Below are positions 1-9,534 of a stretch of 30,801 nt of DNA, one piece after another. This DNA is from Nitrospinota bacterium (GTDB lineage: Bacteria; Nitrospinota; Nitrospinia; Nitrospinales; VA-1), in the NCBI GenBank assembly GCA_038108555.1, contig JAYNIA010000002.1:169796-200596 (forward strand). Reading direction: 5' to 3'. The notes beneath the pieces are model-generated. The model made no database searches, was not told the origin of the DNA, and saw nothing but the letters and a program-made list of their open reading frames with translations. Position 1 is the stretch's first letter. Every line of letters begins with the position of its first letter. The translations under genes and the position numbers were made by a program.

Positions 1-1
1 G

Positions 2-136
2 GAAAAACCCAGACCGCACATGCCCCCAGAACCAGAGCGTGATAGCGGCCCAGAAATCAGCCAGACGCGGAAAATTATTATGGGAATATTTATTTTAGGT
101 TTCTGGATCTTTTTCTACTGGTTCCGGGAACCCTGA
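2..136 (+). CDS. 3' end of a gene entering from the left edge; C-terminal transmembrane helix (partial)
   Basis: Own translation from base 2: EKPRPHMPPEPERDSGPEISQTRKIIMGIFILGFWIFFYWFREP*, stop TGA at 134-136. The hydrophobic stretch IIMGIFILGFWIFFYWF looks like a TM helix. Not in the ORF track. Confidence 0.55.
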   Translation, partial: EKPRPHMPPEPERDSGPEISQTRKIIMGIFILGFWIFFYWFREP

Positions 137-236
137 AATGCAACCCCGCCCCTTCCTCATCCCCTTCTCTTTCCAAATCCCTCACCGTTGAATACAATTT
201 AAATAAGATTATTTAATTAAAAAGATGTGGAAGAAA

Positions 237-1058
237 TCACTCGGAACGAAAACGTTTTTTGTTCAGGGTTTCGTTGCCTATCAATAAATCCAAAGAATTT
301 TCATCTTTTGCAACCAGGGCAATACTATCTTCCCCCGGGGGAAAAACGAGGACAGAGTCTGGGTGCTTTTCAATCGAAAGCGGTGTTTCAACTTTTTGTT
401 CCCGGGGTTCAGCTTCTACAAGTGGTGGAGGCATCTTGCCAAAAGCAATACGTGTATCACCATAAATCAAATCTTTCGTATCCCTGGAATATTCCCCATT
501 TGGATCGAGATGGTCTGCCGCTCCAACAGGTAATGGGTGAGGGGGGGGTTCCCTTAAATGCGAAACGTAGTCGACTTCTACGGCCGGATTGACTTCATGG
601 TCGAAAGCTTCAATATTGAATCCACGGCCTCCAAAAACCAGCGGTTTATCCTGAATTTTAACTGTTTTTCTAACACGCTTTTTCTTGGGCTCGGGTTTTT
701 TTTCAAACTTAATCTTAAAAGTTTCCTTGGATGCATTTTCAAATCGATTTAGTGATTGATACCCCTCATCCGCCTTAAATGCAGGCATCGGAGGTTTCTT
801 GCGACCAAAAATCTTCCTTTTCTTCTTTGATTCAGGGGTTAATGCTGCCAGCTTGTCCGGTTGTTTGGAGGAATCAAATTGCGGATCCGGATCCAGAGGT
901 TGTTCGATAACAAGGTCTGAACGAAGTGTAATGGTTATCTGAGGGGGCGAATCGGGAATGATCAACTCGGTTTCTTCCTCACCCCCGCCACAACCCTGGG
1001 TAAAGGAGAGACAGAGTAATGCTAAGCAAAATGGCAGCTTTCGATGGATTGAATTCAT
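237..1058 (-). CDS. Hypothetical Pro/Lys-rich protein, probable lipoprotein
   Basis: 273-aa ORF. Basic N-terminus, hydrophobic stretch, then a lipobox-like FTQG-C followed by GGGEEE. No family recognised. Confidence 0.7.
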   Translation of the reverse strand: MNSIHRKLPFCLALLCLSFTQGCGGGEEETELIIPDSPPQITITLRSDLVIEQPLDPDPQFDSSKQPDKLAALTPESKKKRKIFGRKKPPMPAFKADEGYQSLNRFENASKETFKIKFEKKPEPKKKRVRKTVKIQDKPLVFGGRGFNIEAFDHEVNPAVEVDYVSHLREPPPHPLPVGAADHLDPNGEYSRDTKDLIYGDTRIAFGKMPPPLVEAEPREQKVETPLSIEKHPDSVLVFPPGEDSIALVAKDENSLDLLIGNETLNKKRFRSE

Positions 1059-1236
1059 ATCATATAATCGTCAAAATCCCTTCTCATCTTGAAGAATATC
1101 AAACTCAAGCTTGATTTTGACCAAACCACCAGAAAAACCACTTAATTTCATTAAAATCAATACTTTACAATCTTACAAAAAATTGCTATCCTTTTTTAAT
1201 CCAACCATTTTGTTTAATTGCAGGAAAGGCATACGG

Positions 1237-1449
1237 ATGAAAACCGGTTTGCGATCCCTTTTGGAGCCTCAAAAGGTGCAGTTCTTGAGGAAAAAGCTGG
1301 AGTTGGGCGAAATTTCTCAGGAAGAGTGCAAAGAAATCATGAAAAGACTGATTTTGCAAAAATATGGTCGCATAAAAAACAGGAGTTTTCGTGCAAGTAT
1401 CCTTGGGTTTGGTAGATCTCTTGAGTCCAAACTGACCGCAAAAGCTTAA
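1237..1449 (+). CDS. Small hypothetical protein (70 aa) with a SHOCT-like motif
   Basis: ATG at 1237 preceded by purine-rich AGGAAAGG, so preferred over the TTG start at 1111 in the ORF track. Sequence MKTGLRSLLEPQKVQFLRKKLELGEISQEECKEIMKRLILQKYG... Confidence 0.55.
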   Translation: MKTGLRSLLEPQKVQFLRKKLELGEISQEECKEIMKRLILQKYGRIKNRSFRASILGFGRSLESKLTAKA

Positions 1450-1512
1450 CAGCCCGCCTCTTTTGTCCCTAAATCATAAGAATAAAATTTTATTTCTTTA
1501 TTCTTTTTTGCG

Positions 1513-1553
1513 CTTGGATTGAGTTTTGTTGTTGGCTCTATCCAAGGTATAAT
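1513..1553 (+). promoter_or_regulatory. Putative recA sigma70 promoter overlapped by an inverted repeat
   Basis: TATAAT at 1548-1553 and TTGTTG at 1526-1531 (16-nt spacer). Inverted repeat CTTGGATTGAG (1513-1523) / CTCTATCCAAG (1536-1546). Strong SD AAGGAGG before ATG 1603. Confidence 0.5.
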
Positions 1554-1602
1554 CCCGTGAGAAAAAACGAGACTCAAAGATATTAATTCGCAAGGAGGAA
1601 TA

Positions 1603-2673
1603 ATGGGCGACAAGGATAAGGCGCTGGAACTGGCACTCACACAAATTGAAAAACAATTCGGCAAAGGCTCCATTATGAAATTGGGGCAGGCCGAAGGCCA
1701 AAAAGGAGTGGATGTCATTTCTACCGGCTCTATCTCATTGGACAGTTGCCTTGGAGTGGGTGGAGTTCCCAGAGGAAGGATTGTAGAAATCTACGGTCCG
1801 GAAGCATCGGGAAAAACCAGCCTGACTCTGCATATCATTGCCGAGGCCCAAAAGGCAGGTGGAGTGGCGGCATTTATAGATGCAGAGCATGCCTTGGACC
1901 CCGAATATGCGCGGAACCTGGGGGTGGATCTGGATGACCTGCTCCTCTCACAGCCTGATACCGGTGAGCAGACTCTGGAGATCGCAGAAGTCCTCATTCG
2001 AAGTGGCGCAGTCGATGTTATCGTGATCGATTCTGTGGCAGCCCTTGTTCCCAAAGCAGAATTGGATGGAGATATGGGTGATTCCCATATGGGTCTTCAA
2101 GCGCGGCTCATGTCCCAAGCCATGCGCAAATTAGCGGGTGTGATTAACAAATCGAATGCCTGCCTCATTTTCATCAACCAGATTCGGATGAAAATTGGGG
2201 TCATGTTTGGGAATCCCGAAACCACCACAGGCGGAAACGCTCTCAAGTTTTATTCCTCAGTTCGAATTGATATCCGCAGAATTTCAGCCCTGAAAGATGG
2301 TGAAGAAGTTATAGGAAATCGCACACGTGCCAAAGTTGTAAAAAATAAAGTGGCCCCACCTTTCCGAAATTGCGAATTCGATATTATCTATGGCAAGGGA
2401 ATATCCAAAACGGGAGACCTTCTCGATCTGGGTGTCGCCAACGATATCATTTCCAAAAGTGGCACCTGGTTTTCCTATAATGAAAATCGCATAGGACAGG
2501 GAAGAGAAAACTCCAAACGCTTTCTTGCAGAAAACCCCGACATTGCCGCTGACATTGAAAATCAACTAAGATTGAAACTAGGCCTGGCAGGGGGCAGCAC
2601 AAAGGATTCATCAGAAAATCCAGTTGAAGAAGAAACGGAACCCAAAAGCAAAAAGGCGGCTAAAAACGGATAA
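1603..2673 (+). CDS. recA: Recombinase A
   Basis: Walker A GPEASGKT; motifs [52 protein letters not shown]. Confidence 0.99.
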   Translation: MGDKDKALELALTQIEKQFGKGSIMKLGQAEGQKGVDVISTGSISLDSCLGVGGVPRGRIVEIYGPEASGKTSLTLHIIAEAQKAGGVAAFIDAEHALDPEYARNLGVDLDDLLLSQPDTGEQTLEIAEVLIRSGAVDVIVIDSVAALVPKAELDGDMGDSHMGLQARLMSQAMRKLAGVINKSNACLIFINQIRMKIGVMFGNPETTTGGNALKFYSSVRIDIRRISALKDGEEVIGNRTRAKVVKNKVAPPFRNCEFDIIYGKGISKTGDLLDLGVANDIISKSGTWFSYNENRIGQGRENSKRFLAENPDIAADIENQLRLKLGLAGGSTKDSSENPVEEETEPKSKKAAKNG

Positions 2674-2681
2674 TCGGCATT

Positions 2682-3200
2682 ATGCCTGATCCCGAATCTT
2701 TGAAAAGAGCGAAAGCCCATGCCTTGCGATACCTCTCTTACAGGGACCGCAGCAAATGGGAACTCATCCAATATCTCGAAAAAAAGGAACATCCCTCTTC
2801 GGTGGTTCAACAAACCCTCGACTATCTCACGGAGTTAAACTACATTAATGACCAGCGGTTTGCCATGCAATGGGGGCAATACAAAATAAACAAAAAAAAA
2901 CTGGGTAGAAAAAGATTGTATCTGGAGCTTTTGGGAAAAGGAATCGAAAAGGATACAATTGAAAACACTTTGATTGCATTGTATGAAGACAACCCGGAAA
3001 TGGACCTGGCGGCTCAATGCGCACAAAAAAAGTGGGCGACTTTGAAAGGCATTGAAAAAGAAAAGAAGAAACAACGACTGGTCCAATATCTTGAAAGAAG
3101 AGGATTTTCGTCAGACATCATTTACAAGTCATTAAAAATTTTGACTGATTCCGATGACATCAATATCTCCCACTCCATTTCAGCTCTGGATCAGGAATAA
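2682..3200 (+). CDS. recX: Regulatory protein RecX
   Basis: Directly downstream of recA. Motifs ALRYLSYRDRS..EL, YINDQRFA, LLGKGI, YLERRGFS. Confidence 0.93.
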   Translation: MPDPESLKRAKAHALRYLSYRDRSKWELIQYLEKKEHPSSVVQQTLDYLTELNYINDQRFAMQWGQYKINKKKLGRKRLYLELLGKGIEKDTIENTLIALYEDNPEMDLAAQCAQKKWATLKGIEKEKKKQRLVQYLERRGFSSDIIYKSLKILTDSDDINISHSISALDQE

Positions 3201-3206
3201 TTCAGA

Positions 3207-3980
3207 ATGGAATTCCTCAACTCCCTTCCCCAACCGTTAATTGTAACCACACTGTTTATTATGGGGCTCTGCATTGGCAGTTTTGCAAATGTTTGCATTT
3301 ACCGAATGCCAAAAAAAGAGTCTATTGTTTTTCCCGTGTCCCACTGCACCGATTGTTCAGCGCCTGTTCGCGCATTCGATAATATACCGGTAATGAGCTA
3401 TCTAATTCTGGGGGGAAAATGCAGGGATTGTAAAAGCAAAATATCTGCAATATACCCAACCGTAGAATTGATAACCGGTTTACTCCTCTTGGCCGGATAT
3501 TTTAAATTTGGATTCACTTTCGATTTTTTGGTCTATTTCGTATTAGCTCCCGCCCTGGTCATCATTACCGCTATTGACATCGAACACCAAATAATCCCCG
3601 ATGCCCTAACTCTTCCGGGAATAGTATTGGGCCTGGCAGCCGGGAGTTATTCGATAGGATATTTCAACTCTTTTATGGGTTTTTTAGTCGGCGGAGGATT
3701 ATTCTACCTGCTGGCAGTTTTAAGCAATGGCGGGATGGGTGGAGGAGATATAAAATATATCGCGGCTGTCGGTGCCCTTGTTGGCTGGCAAAAGGTTCTT
3801 CTAGTCATTTTTATTGGCGCTTTTTTAGGCTCTTTTGTTGGATTATTCCAAATGTTCATCCAGAAAAAGACGAGAAAAAGCCTCATTCCGTTTGGCCCCT
3901 TTTTGGCAGCAGCCACATTGATCACATTGTTTTATGGAAATCTTCTGATAAAATTATATTTAGACAACCTCGCAAATTAA
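3207..3980 (+). CDS. pilD: Prepilin peptidase / N-methyltransferase (peptidase family A24)
   Basis: GSFANVCIYRMP, Cys pairs SHCTDC and GKCRDC, catalytic Asp motifs AIDIEH and GMGGGDIK, C-terminal IPFGPFL, multiple TM helices. Confidence 0.95.
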   Translation: MEFLNSLPQPLIVTTLFIMGLCIGSFANVCIYRMPKKESIVFPVSHCTDCSAPVRAFDNIPVMSYLILGGKCRDCKSKISAIYPTVELITGLLLLAGYFKFGFTFDFLVYFVLAPALVIITAIDIEHQIIPDALTLPGIVLGLAAGSYSIGYFNSFMGFLVGGGLFYLLAVLSNGGMGGGDIKYIAAVGALVGWQKVLLVIFIGAFLGSFVGLFQMFIQKKTRKSLIPFGPFLAAATLITLFYGNLLIKLYLDNLAN

Positions 3981-4029
3981 TCCTTAATGGATTACCAGAG
4001 AAACAAGCCCCAACAATAGGAAATTTAAT

Positions 4030-4560
4030 ATGGATCAGGAAGAAACAAAGAACGACTCGCCCCCAAACTCCGACAAGGATAATGAAGTAGAAAATTTAAA
4101 GGCAAAAATAGATCAACTTTCGGGCGAACTAACCACAATCAAAGACAGCCTGGAAAAAAGAAAAAGCGAAACTACCACACTTAAAATTCTTTTCTATACG
4201 GCACTTGGTGTTTTGCTTTTCGGGTTCATTTATTCCAACCAAACCTTGCAGAGAGCCCAGCATTCAAATTTGGAAGCCAATATCACTGCACTTCAAAGCC
4301 AGATTAACCATAACCTGCTTTCCCTGGAAACAAAGCTGCACGAAAAAATTATTGATCTGGAAACCCAATCCAGTGAAAAGCCTGATTCCAGTCTCCATAA
4401 TTCCATTAAAAGCATGAATCATGCATTAAGCGAGTTGAAACCAGAGACACAAACCATGGACGAGCTTATCAGGAAGGTAAAAAAAGAATCCGAGGAGTTA
4501 AGCAAGTTAATAAAAAACGAAAAGTACAATAAAAACTTTTCTCCCGAACCCGTACCCTGA
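4030..4560 (+). CDS. Hypothetical single-pass membrane protein with coiled coils
   Basis: 176 aa. One hydrophobic segment (ILFYTALGVLLFGFIY) flanked by heptad-like, charged helical regions. AGGA upstream of the start. Confidence 0.75.
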   Translation: MDQEETKNDSPPNSDKDNEVENLKAKIDQLSGELTTIKDSLEKRKSETTTLKILFYTALGVLLFGFIYSNQTLQRAQHSNLEANITALQSQINHNLLSLETKLHEKIIDLETQSSEKPDSSLHNSIKSMNHALSELKPETQTMDELIRKVKKESEELSKLIKNEKYNKNFSPEPVP

Positions 4561-4567
4561 ACAATTT

Positions 4568-5509
4568 TTAATTCGTTGAATTAAAAATTTTTTCTATCTT
4601 TTCAGAGTTTTCCCGGGAAGGTTCCCAACCTATTGCTTTCAGGTTTTCTTCCATTTGCGATGCGTTTTTAACACCGACCAGAGCCGTGGCCAGACCCGGT
4701 TGCCTCAGCACCCAGTTAATGGCCATTTGACCGCAGGTTTTTTCTTCTTCAGCAGCAATTTCTTTTAGCTGGTCCACCTTTCCAATATTTTCAACAAATC
4801 CTTCACCGGTAAAAGTCCCGATGATCCCCTTGCTGCGCCAATCTTGAAATTTGGTATCTTTATTGTATTTTCCGGTGAGAACCCCGGAAGCCAGGGGGCT
4901 GTAGGCCACAATCCCAATATTATTTTCCAGGCAAACGGGGACTGTTTCTGCTTCTATTTCCCGGGCCAACAAACTGTATTCAGGTTGCAGGGAAATAATT
5001 TTTGCATATTGGAGACTTTCCTTTATTTGCGCTGCCGAGTAATTACTAACACCAATGAAACGAATTTTACCTTGTTCCTGAATCTCACAAAGCGTTTCCA
5101 TCGTTTCCTGTTGTGAAGTTTCGACATCCGGCCAATGAACCTGATACAGGTCAATATAATCTGTATTCAATCGTTTTAAGCTCTGGTCAATTTCCTCCAA
5201 AATGGATTTCCGGCTGGCATCTTTTCTCAGTGAACTCAATGATTCTTTATCCCAACGAAGGCCGCATTTCGTAGCAAGAATCACTTTCTCCCTTACAGGT
5301 TTTAGAGCTTCTCCAATCAGTTTCTCGGAATGCCCGAAACCATAGACCGGAGCCGTATCAAAAAAATTAATCCCCTGTTCGAACGAGGTTTTTATTGAGT
5401 CGATCGATTTCTTATCCCCTTCATTTTTCCAAAAAGGCGCTCCCCCTATTCCCCAGGCACCATAACCAATAACGGAAACTTCCAAATCACCCAGCTTTCT
5501 AAATTCCAT
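4568..5509 (-). CDS. Aldo/keto reductase
   Basis: FFDTAPVYGFGHSE, ILATKCG, SLKRLNTDYIDLYQVHWPD, IGVSNY, AYSPLASGVLTGKY. Confidence 0.96.
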   Translation of the reverse strand: MEFRKLGDLEVSVIGYGAWGIGGAPFWKNEGDKKSIDSIKTSFEQGINFFDTAPVYGFGHSEKLIGEALKPVREKVILATKCGLRWDKESLSSLRKDASRKSILEEIDQSLKRLNTDYIDLYQVHWPDVETSQQETMETLCEIQEQGKIRFIGVSNYSAAQIKESLQYAKIISLQPEYSLLAREIEAETVPVCLENNIGIVAYSPLASGVLTGKYNKDTKFQDWRSKGIIGTFTGEGFVENIGKVDQLKEIAAEEEKTCGQMAINWVLRQPGLATALVGVKNASQMEENLKAIGWEPSRENSEKIEKIFNSTN

Positions 5510-5621
5510 AAATATCCATTCGGTTAAATTTTATTATTTCGAATAATATCTTTTTCTTATTTAAGAAGGATAATATTATAATCGTAACTTGGCTTCGTCT
5601 AAAATTTTATTATTCTGATTT

Positions 5622-7346
5622 ATGAAATCTCTGATAAGAGTCCTAAGCTATTTGAAACCGTACCAAGGCAAAGTGGCCCTGACCCTTTTTCTGGCAATTT
5701 CCACTACCCTGCTGGACCTGGTTCCACCCTGGCTAACCAAGGTTATCGTGGACAACCTTGTAGAAAGCACTGAAATGACCGGGGTTTACTGGGCCATTGC
5801 CGGGCTTTGCTTTGTATATTTCGCACGCAATTTTACCAACCACAAACGCATCGTGGTAAACAATGCCGTCGAACAAAATGTCGTATTCGATTTACGTTCC
5901 GAGGTTTACCGATCTCTTCAAAGACTATCATTAAATTATTTTGAAAATCGCTCCACAGGGGAACTGATGTCCCGGGCAAATGACGATGTGAATTATGTTG
6001 AGAGAATATTTATTGATGGTGTTGAGCAGGTTGTGACAGCAACTCTTACACTCATTGGTATATCAGTCATTCTTTTTTATATGCACTGGAAACTGGCATT
6101 GGTTGCCCTTTTGCCCATTCCTTTTCTTATTTACGGCGCATGGATTTATACGGAAAAAGCACACAGTCAGTATCACGTGGTCCGCAAAGCTGCAGCCTCA
6201 ATGAATGCAAAATTACAGGATTCCATTTCGGGAATACGAGAAACACTTTCCTTCAATCGCCAGCTACACGAGGTCAAACTATTTGAAGAAAGAAGCAGGG
6301 ATTATTGCGACGGCACTTTGGCGGTAATGCGTTTATGGGCGATTTATTCCCCGACCATGATGTTTCTAGGATCATTGGGAACCGTGTTGATCCTTCTATT
6401 CGGAGTCGGGCTGGTCCAGGCAAATGAGATAACCGTGGGATCGCTGGTTGCCTTTATGGGTTACCTTGCGCTTTTTTATACGCCTATCAACCAATTGCAC
6501 TCCGTCAACCATATGCTGCAGCATGCCCTGGCATCAGGAGACAGGCTATTCGAAATCATTGACACCGTTCCCGATGTTAAGGAAAGTTCTGACGCAACCC
6601 TACTCTCCACAAACGTCAGAGGAGCCATTCAATTTGATCGTGTCAACTTTTCTTATATCGAAGGCAAACCTGCGATACAGGATGTCAATTTTTCCATTTC
6701 GGCTGGTGAAAAAATCGCTTTGGTCGGACATACAGGCAGCGGAAAATCGACCCTCGTCAAACTTCTTATGCGGTTTTACGATGCCGATTCAGGGCAGATC
6801 ACACTGGACGGCATTCCCATAAAGGATTTAAAACTTTCCTATCTACGAGAACAAATTGGCCTGGTCTCCCAAGACCCTTTTCTATTCAATGGTACCGTTG
6901 CAGAAAATATAATGTACGGAAATATTGAAGCCAGTAGAGAACAGGTCATTGATGCCGCCATTGCATCGCATGCGGACCCTTTCATAATAAACCTACCAGA
7001 CGGCTATGACACACAAGTCGGGGAAAGGGGAGTGAAACTATCGGGAGGGGAAAAACACCGAATCGCAATTGCCCGCGCCTTCTTAAAAAATCCGCCCATC
7101 ATTGTTCTGGACGAAGCCACCTCAACCGTTGACACGCAAACGGAACACCATATAAAGGAAGCTTTGAACAAACTCATGGCAGGCCGGACTACGCTGTCAA
7201 TCGCTCATCGTTTATCGACCCTTGAAGGTGCAGACAGGATTTTGGTAATGCGGGATGGAAAACTGGTTGAAACAGGAGAGCACGAAACACTGATAGGTCG
7301 AGATTCAGAATATGCCAACCTTTTTCAGCATCAGGTTCATTTATAA
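5622..7346 (+). CDS. ABC exporter half-transporter (fused TMD + NBD, MsbA/MdlB-like)
   Basis: N-terminal TM domain, Walker A GHTGSGKST, signature LSGGEKHRIAIAR, Walker B IIVLDEATS, H-loop IAHRLST. Substrate cannot be inferred. Confidence 0.95.
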   Translation: MKSLIRVLSYLKPYQGKVALTLFLAISTTLLDLVPPWLTKVIVDNLVESTEMTGVYWAIAGLCFVYFARNFTNHKRIVVNNAVEQNVVFDLRSEVYRSLQRLSLNYFENRSTGELMSRANDDVNYVERIFIDGVEQVVTATLTLIGISVILFYMHWKLALVALLPIPFLIYGAWIYTEKAHSQYHVVRKAAASMNAKLQDSISGIRETLSFNRQLHEVKLFEERSRDYCDGTLAVMRLWAIYSPTMMFLGSLGTVLILLFGVGLVQANEITVGSLVAFMGYLALFYTPINQLHSVNHMLQHALASGDRLFEIIDTVPDVKESSDATLLSTNVRGAIQFDRVNFSYIEGKPAIQDVNFSISAGEKIALVGHTGSGKSTLVKLLMRFYDADSGQITLDGIPIKDLKLSYLREQIGLVSQDPFLFNGTVAENIMYGNIEASREQVIDAAIASHADPFIINLPDGYDTQVGERGVKLSGGEKHRIAIARAFLKNPPIIVLDEATSTVDTQTEHHIKEALNKLMAGRTTLSIAHRLSTLEGADRILVMRDGKLVETGEHETLIGRDSEYANLFQHQVHL

Positions 7347-7364
7347 GACAGGTTCAACTTAATT

Positions 7365-8333
7365 TCAGGGTGCAGCTTCTACCACTTCGCCCATTTTACG
7401 AAATTTTTCTTCGCGCATTCTGACAAGTTCTTCAGAGTCAATATCTGAAAGTTCCTTTAGGTTTTTCCTGAGAGCTTTTTTAAGTCGAATGGCCGCCTGC
7501 TTATGATTTCTGTGGGCTCCCCCTAAAGGTTCACGAACAATCTCGTCAACAACCTTGAATTTAAGCAAATGGCTGGCAGTAAGGCAAAGGGCATCAGCCG
7601 CTTGACTGTTTTTATTTTTATCTTCCCAGAGAATCGATGCACATCCTTCCGGAGAGATGACCGAGTAAACCGAATGCTCAAACATTAAAATCCGGTCACC
7701 GACACCTATTGCCAAAGCACCTCCCGAGCCCCCTTCTCCAATGATCACACAAATGATAGGAACCCGCATCTGGATCATGCTGAACATATTTGTAGCAATG
7801 GCTTCCGATTGACCTTTTTCTTCGGCATCCACCCCGGGGTAAGCTCCTGGAGTATCAATGAATGTGATGATGGGCATATTGAATTTTTCAGCCATTCGCA
7901 TTAAACGAAGTGCCTTGCGGTATCCTGAAGGTTGCGACATACCAAAGTTTCGGGCAATTTTTTCTTCCATCTTTCTGCCTTTTTGATGCCCCACCACCAT
8001 CACAGACATATCACCAAACTTGGCCAGCCCGGCAACAATGGAAGGGCCATACCCTCCATGTCGATCACCATGCAACTCATAAAAATCAGAAAATATATTT
8101 TTAATATAATCCAGCATATGAGGCCGGTCCGGATGCCTCGCAACCAGGGTTTTATCCCATCCCTTTAAATTGGAATAAACATCATGCTTCATTCTTCGAA
8201 GCTTCTTTTTTAGTTTTGAAATCTCATCGGTGATATCTCCAACACTATCATACATATGTGAAAGGGATACCAAATCGTGGATCTGGGTTTCTAAAGCAAA
8301 AATTTCTCTTTCAAAGTCTAGAATCTGGACCAT
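7365..8333 (-). CDS. accA: Acetyl-CoA carboxylase carboxyltransferase subunit alpha
   Basis: LDFE.., ARHPDRP, ELHGDR, RNFGM, FIDTPGAYPG, GEGGSGGALA, YSVISPEGCASILW. Confidence 0.98.
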   Translation of the reverse strand: MVQILDFEREIFALETQIHDLVSLSHMYDSVGDITDEISKLKKKLRRMKHDVYSNLKGWDKTLVARHPDRPHMLDYIKNIFSDFYELHGDRHGGYGPSIVAGLAKFGDMSVMVVGHQKGRKMEEKIARNFGMSQPSGYRKALRLMRMAEKFNMPIITFIDTPGAYPGVDAEEKGQSEAIATNMFSMIQMRVPIICVIIGEGGSGGALAIGVGDRILMFEHSVYSVISPEGCASILWEDKNKNSQAADALCLTASHLLKFKVVDEIVREPLGGAHRNHKQAAIRLKKALRKNLKELSDIDSEELVRMREEKFRKMGEVVEAAP

Positions 8334-8414
8334 AACAATTCACAAAAATAAAAAATGTTTTTATTCAATTTAATCTTAAGTTTATTTCGGCACTATCAAA
8401 CCACAAAAACCGTT

Positions 8415-9485
8415 CTAATAAAATCCAAATATAGGATGAACCAAATTTTGAAGGTTTTTTGATTTATTCAACGCCTGGGCTCCTGCCGTACCAATCTTAT
8501 TCTGGCCTAACTTCAACGACTCCAGGTTTGCAAAGTTGGAGGATTTAGCAATTGCAAACGCCCCCTCATCACCAATCTTGTTAAAATTTAAATCAAGCCT
8601 TTTCAGCTTACCCAGATTACTGGAACGCGCCAAAGCCTTGGCTCCCGCATCCGTAATATTATTTTTTGACAAATTCAGGGATACCAACTGACTCAATTTG
8701 TCAGATTGAGACAAGGCAATGATCGCTTTATCTGACAGGTCATTGTTTTTTAAATCCAACTTCTCAATTTTACTGGCGAACGGTGACTTCAATAACACCT
8801 CGACCCCTAAATCTCCGATCAGGCCCGCCCCCACTTCATTCAAGCGTCCCGTTCGATTCAGATCCTTAAACCATTCCATCAACTGAAAACGTTTCCATGC
8901 ATCCTTGGCAGATTTTTCGATCGGATTATAGGTCAGTTGAATCGATTTCAAATTTTTCAACTTTAACGAGTGCGTGAGATCAATAGCACCCGGCCCATGA
9001 ATTTGGTTGTAATTCAAATTTAACTCTTCCAGATTCGACAAAGTATCTGACTCGGCAATCAAACCCGCTCCCTTGTCAGTAACAAAATTACGATATAGAT
9101 TCAAAACCTTTAATTTTGACAGGGGTTGCGATTTTGAAATATATCCAACCCCCAAATCTGTAATATTATTATTCTCCAGATAAAGGGCGGTTAGTCGGTC
9201 GAGGTTTTTTGATTCGGCTAAAGCACGCACACCTTCATCTCCAAAGTTGCCCTTGTAAATGATAAGAGTAGAGACCGTTTTCAACAAAGGAGAACTGGCC
9301 AGGTGAGCGACACCTTCATCGCCCAGGTTTTTTCCATTTATCCGAAGGGTACTATCATTTCGCTTCAACTTTTTTGCAACATATCTTTCAATTTGTTCCC
9401 CGGTCATTTTTGGCGATGCCGATCCAAGGACAAAAAAGCAAAGTATACAAACCACTAATTTAAATCGAACTAAAGAAATTTTCAT
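8415..9485 (-). CDS. Secreted leucine-rich repeat protein (27-residue RI-like repeats)
   Basis: N-terminal signal peptide. About 11 repeats of the type LxxLxLxxNxIxDxGAxALAxSxxLxx, e.g. LVSLNLSKNNITDAGAKALARSSNLGK. Confidence 0.9.
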   Translation of the reverse strand: MKISLVRFKLVVCILCFFVLGSASPKMTGEQIERYVAKKLKRNDSTLRINGKNLGDEGVAHLASSPLLKTVSTLIIYKGNFGDEGVRALAESKNLDRLTALYLENNNITDLGVGYISKSQPLSKLKVLNLYRNFVTDKGAGLIAESDTLSNLEELNLNYNQIHGPGAIDLTHSLKLKNLKSIQLTYNPIEKSAKDAWKRFQLMEWFKDLNRTGRLNEVGAGLIGDLGVEVLLKSPFASKIEKLDLKNNDLSDKAIIALSQSDKLSQLVSLNLSKNNITDAGAKALARSSNLGKLKRLDLNFNKIGDEGAFAIAKSSNFANLESLKLGQNKIGTAGAQALNKSKNLQNLVHPIFGFY

Positions 9486-9534
9486 CTTTAAGGTTTTTGT
9501 GGATGGATAAAAAAGAATAATCTATACAATTATC

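Noticed and set aside
1111..1236. TTG-initiated extension of the small ORF upstream of recA
   Set aside because: AT-rich, promoter-like sequence. The SD supports ATG 1237.
5521..5615. Fur/PerR-like GATAATATTATAA and a 13-bp direct repeat AAATTTTATTATT between the AKR and ABC genes
   Set aside because: It lacks 7-1-7 spacing, and such matches are expected by chance in a very AT-rich divergent promoter.
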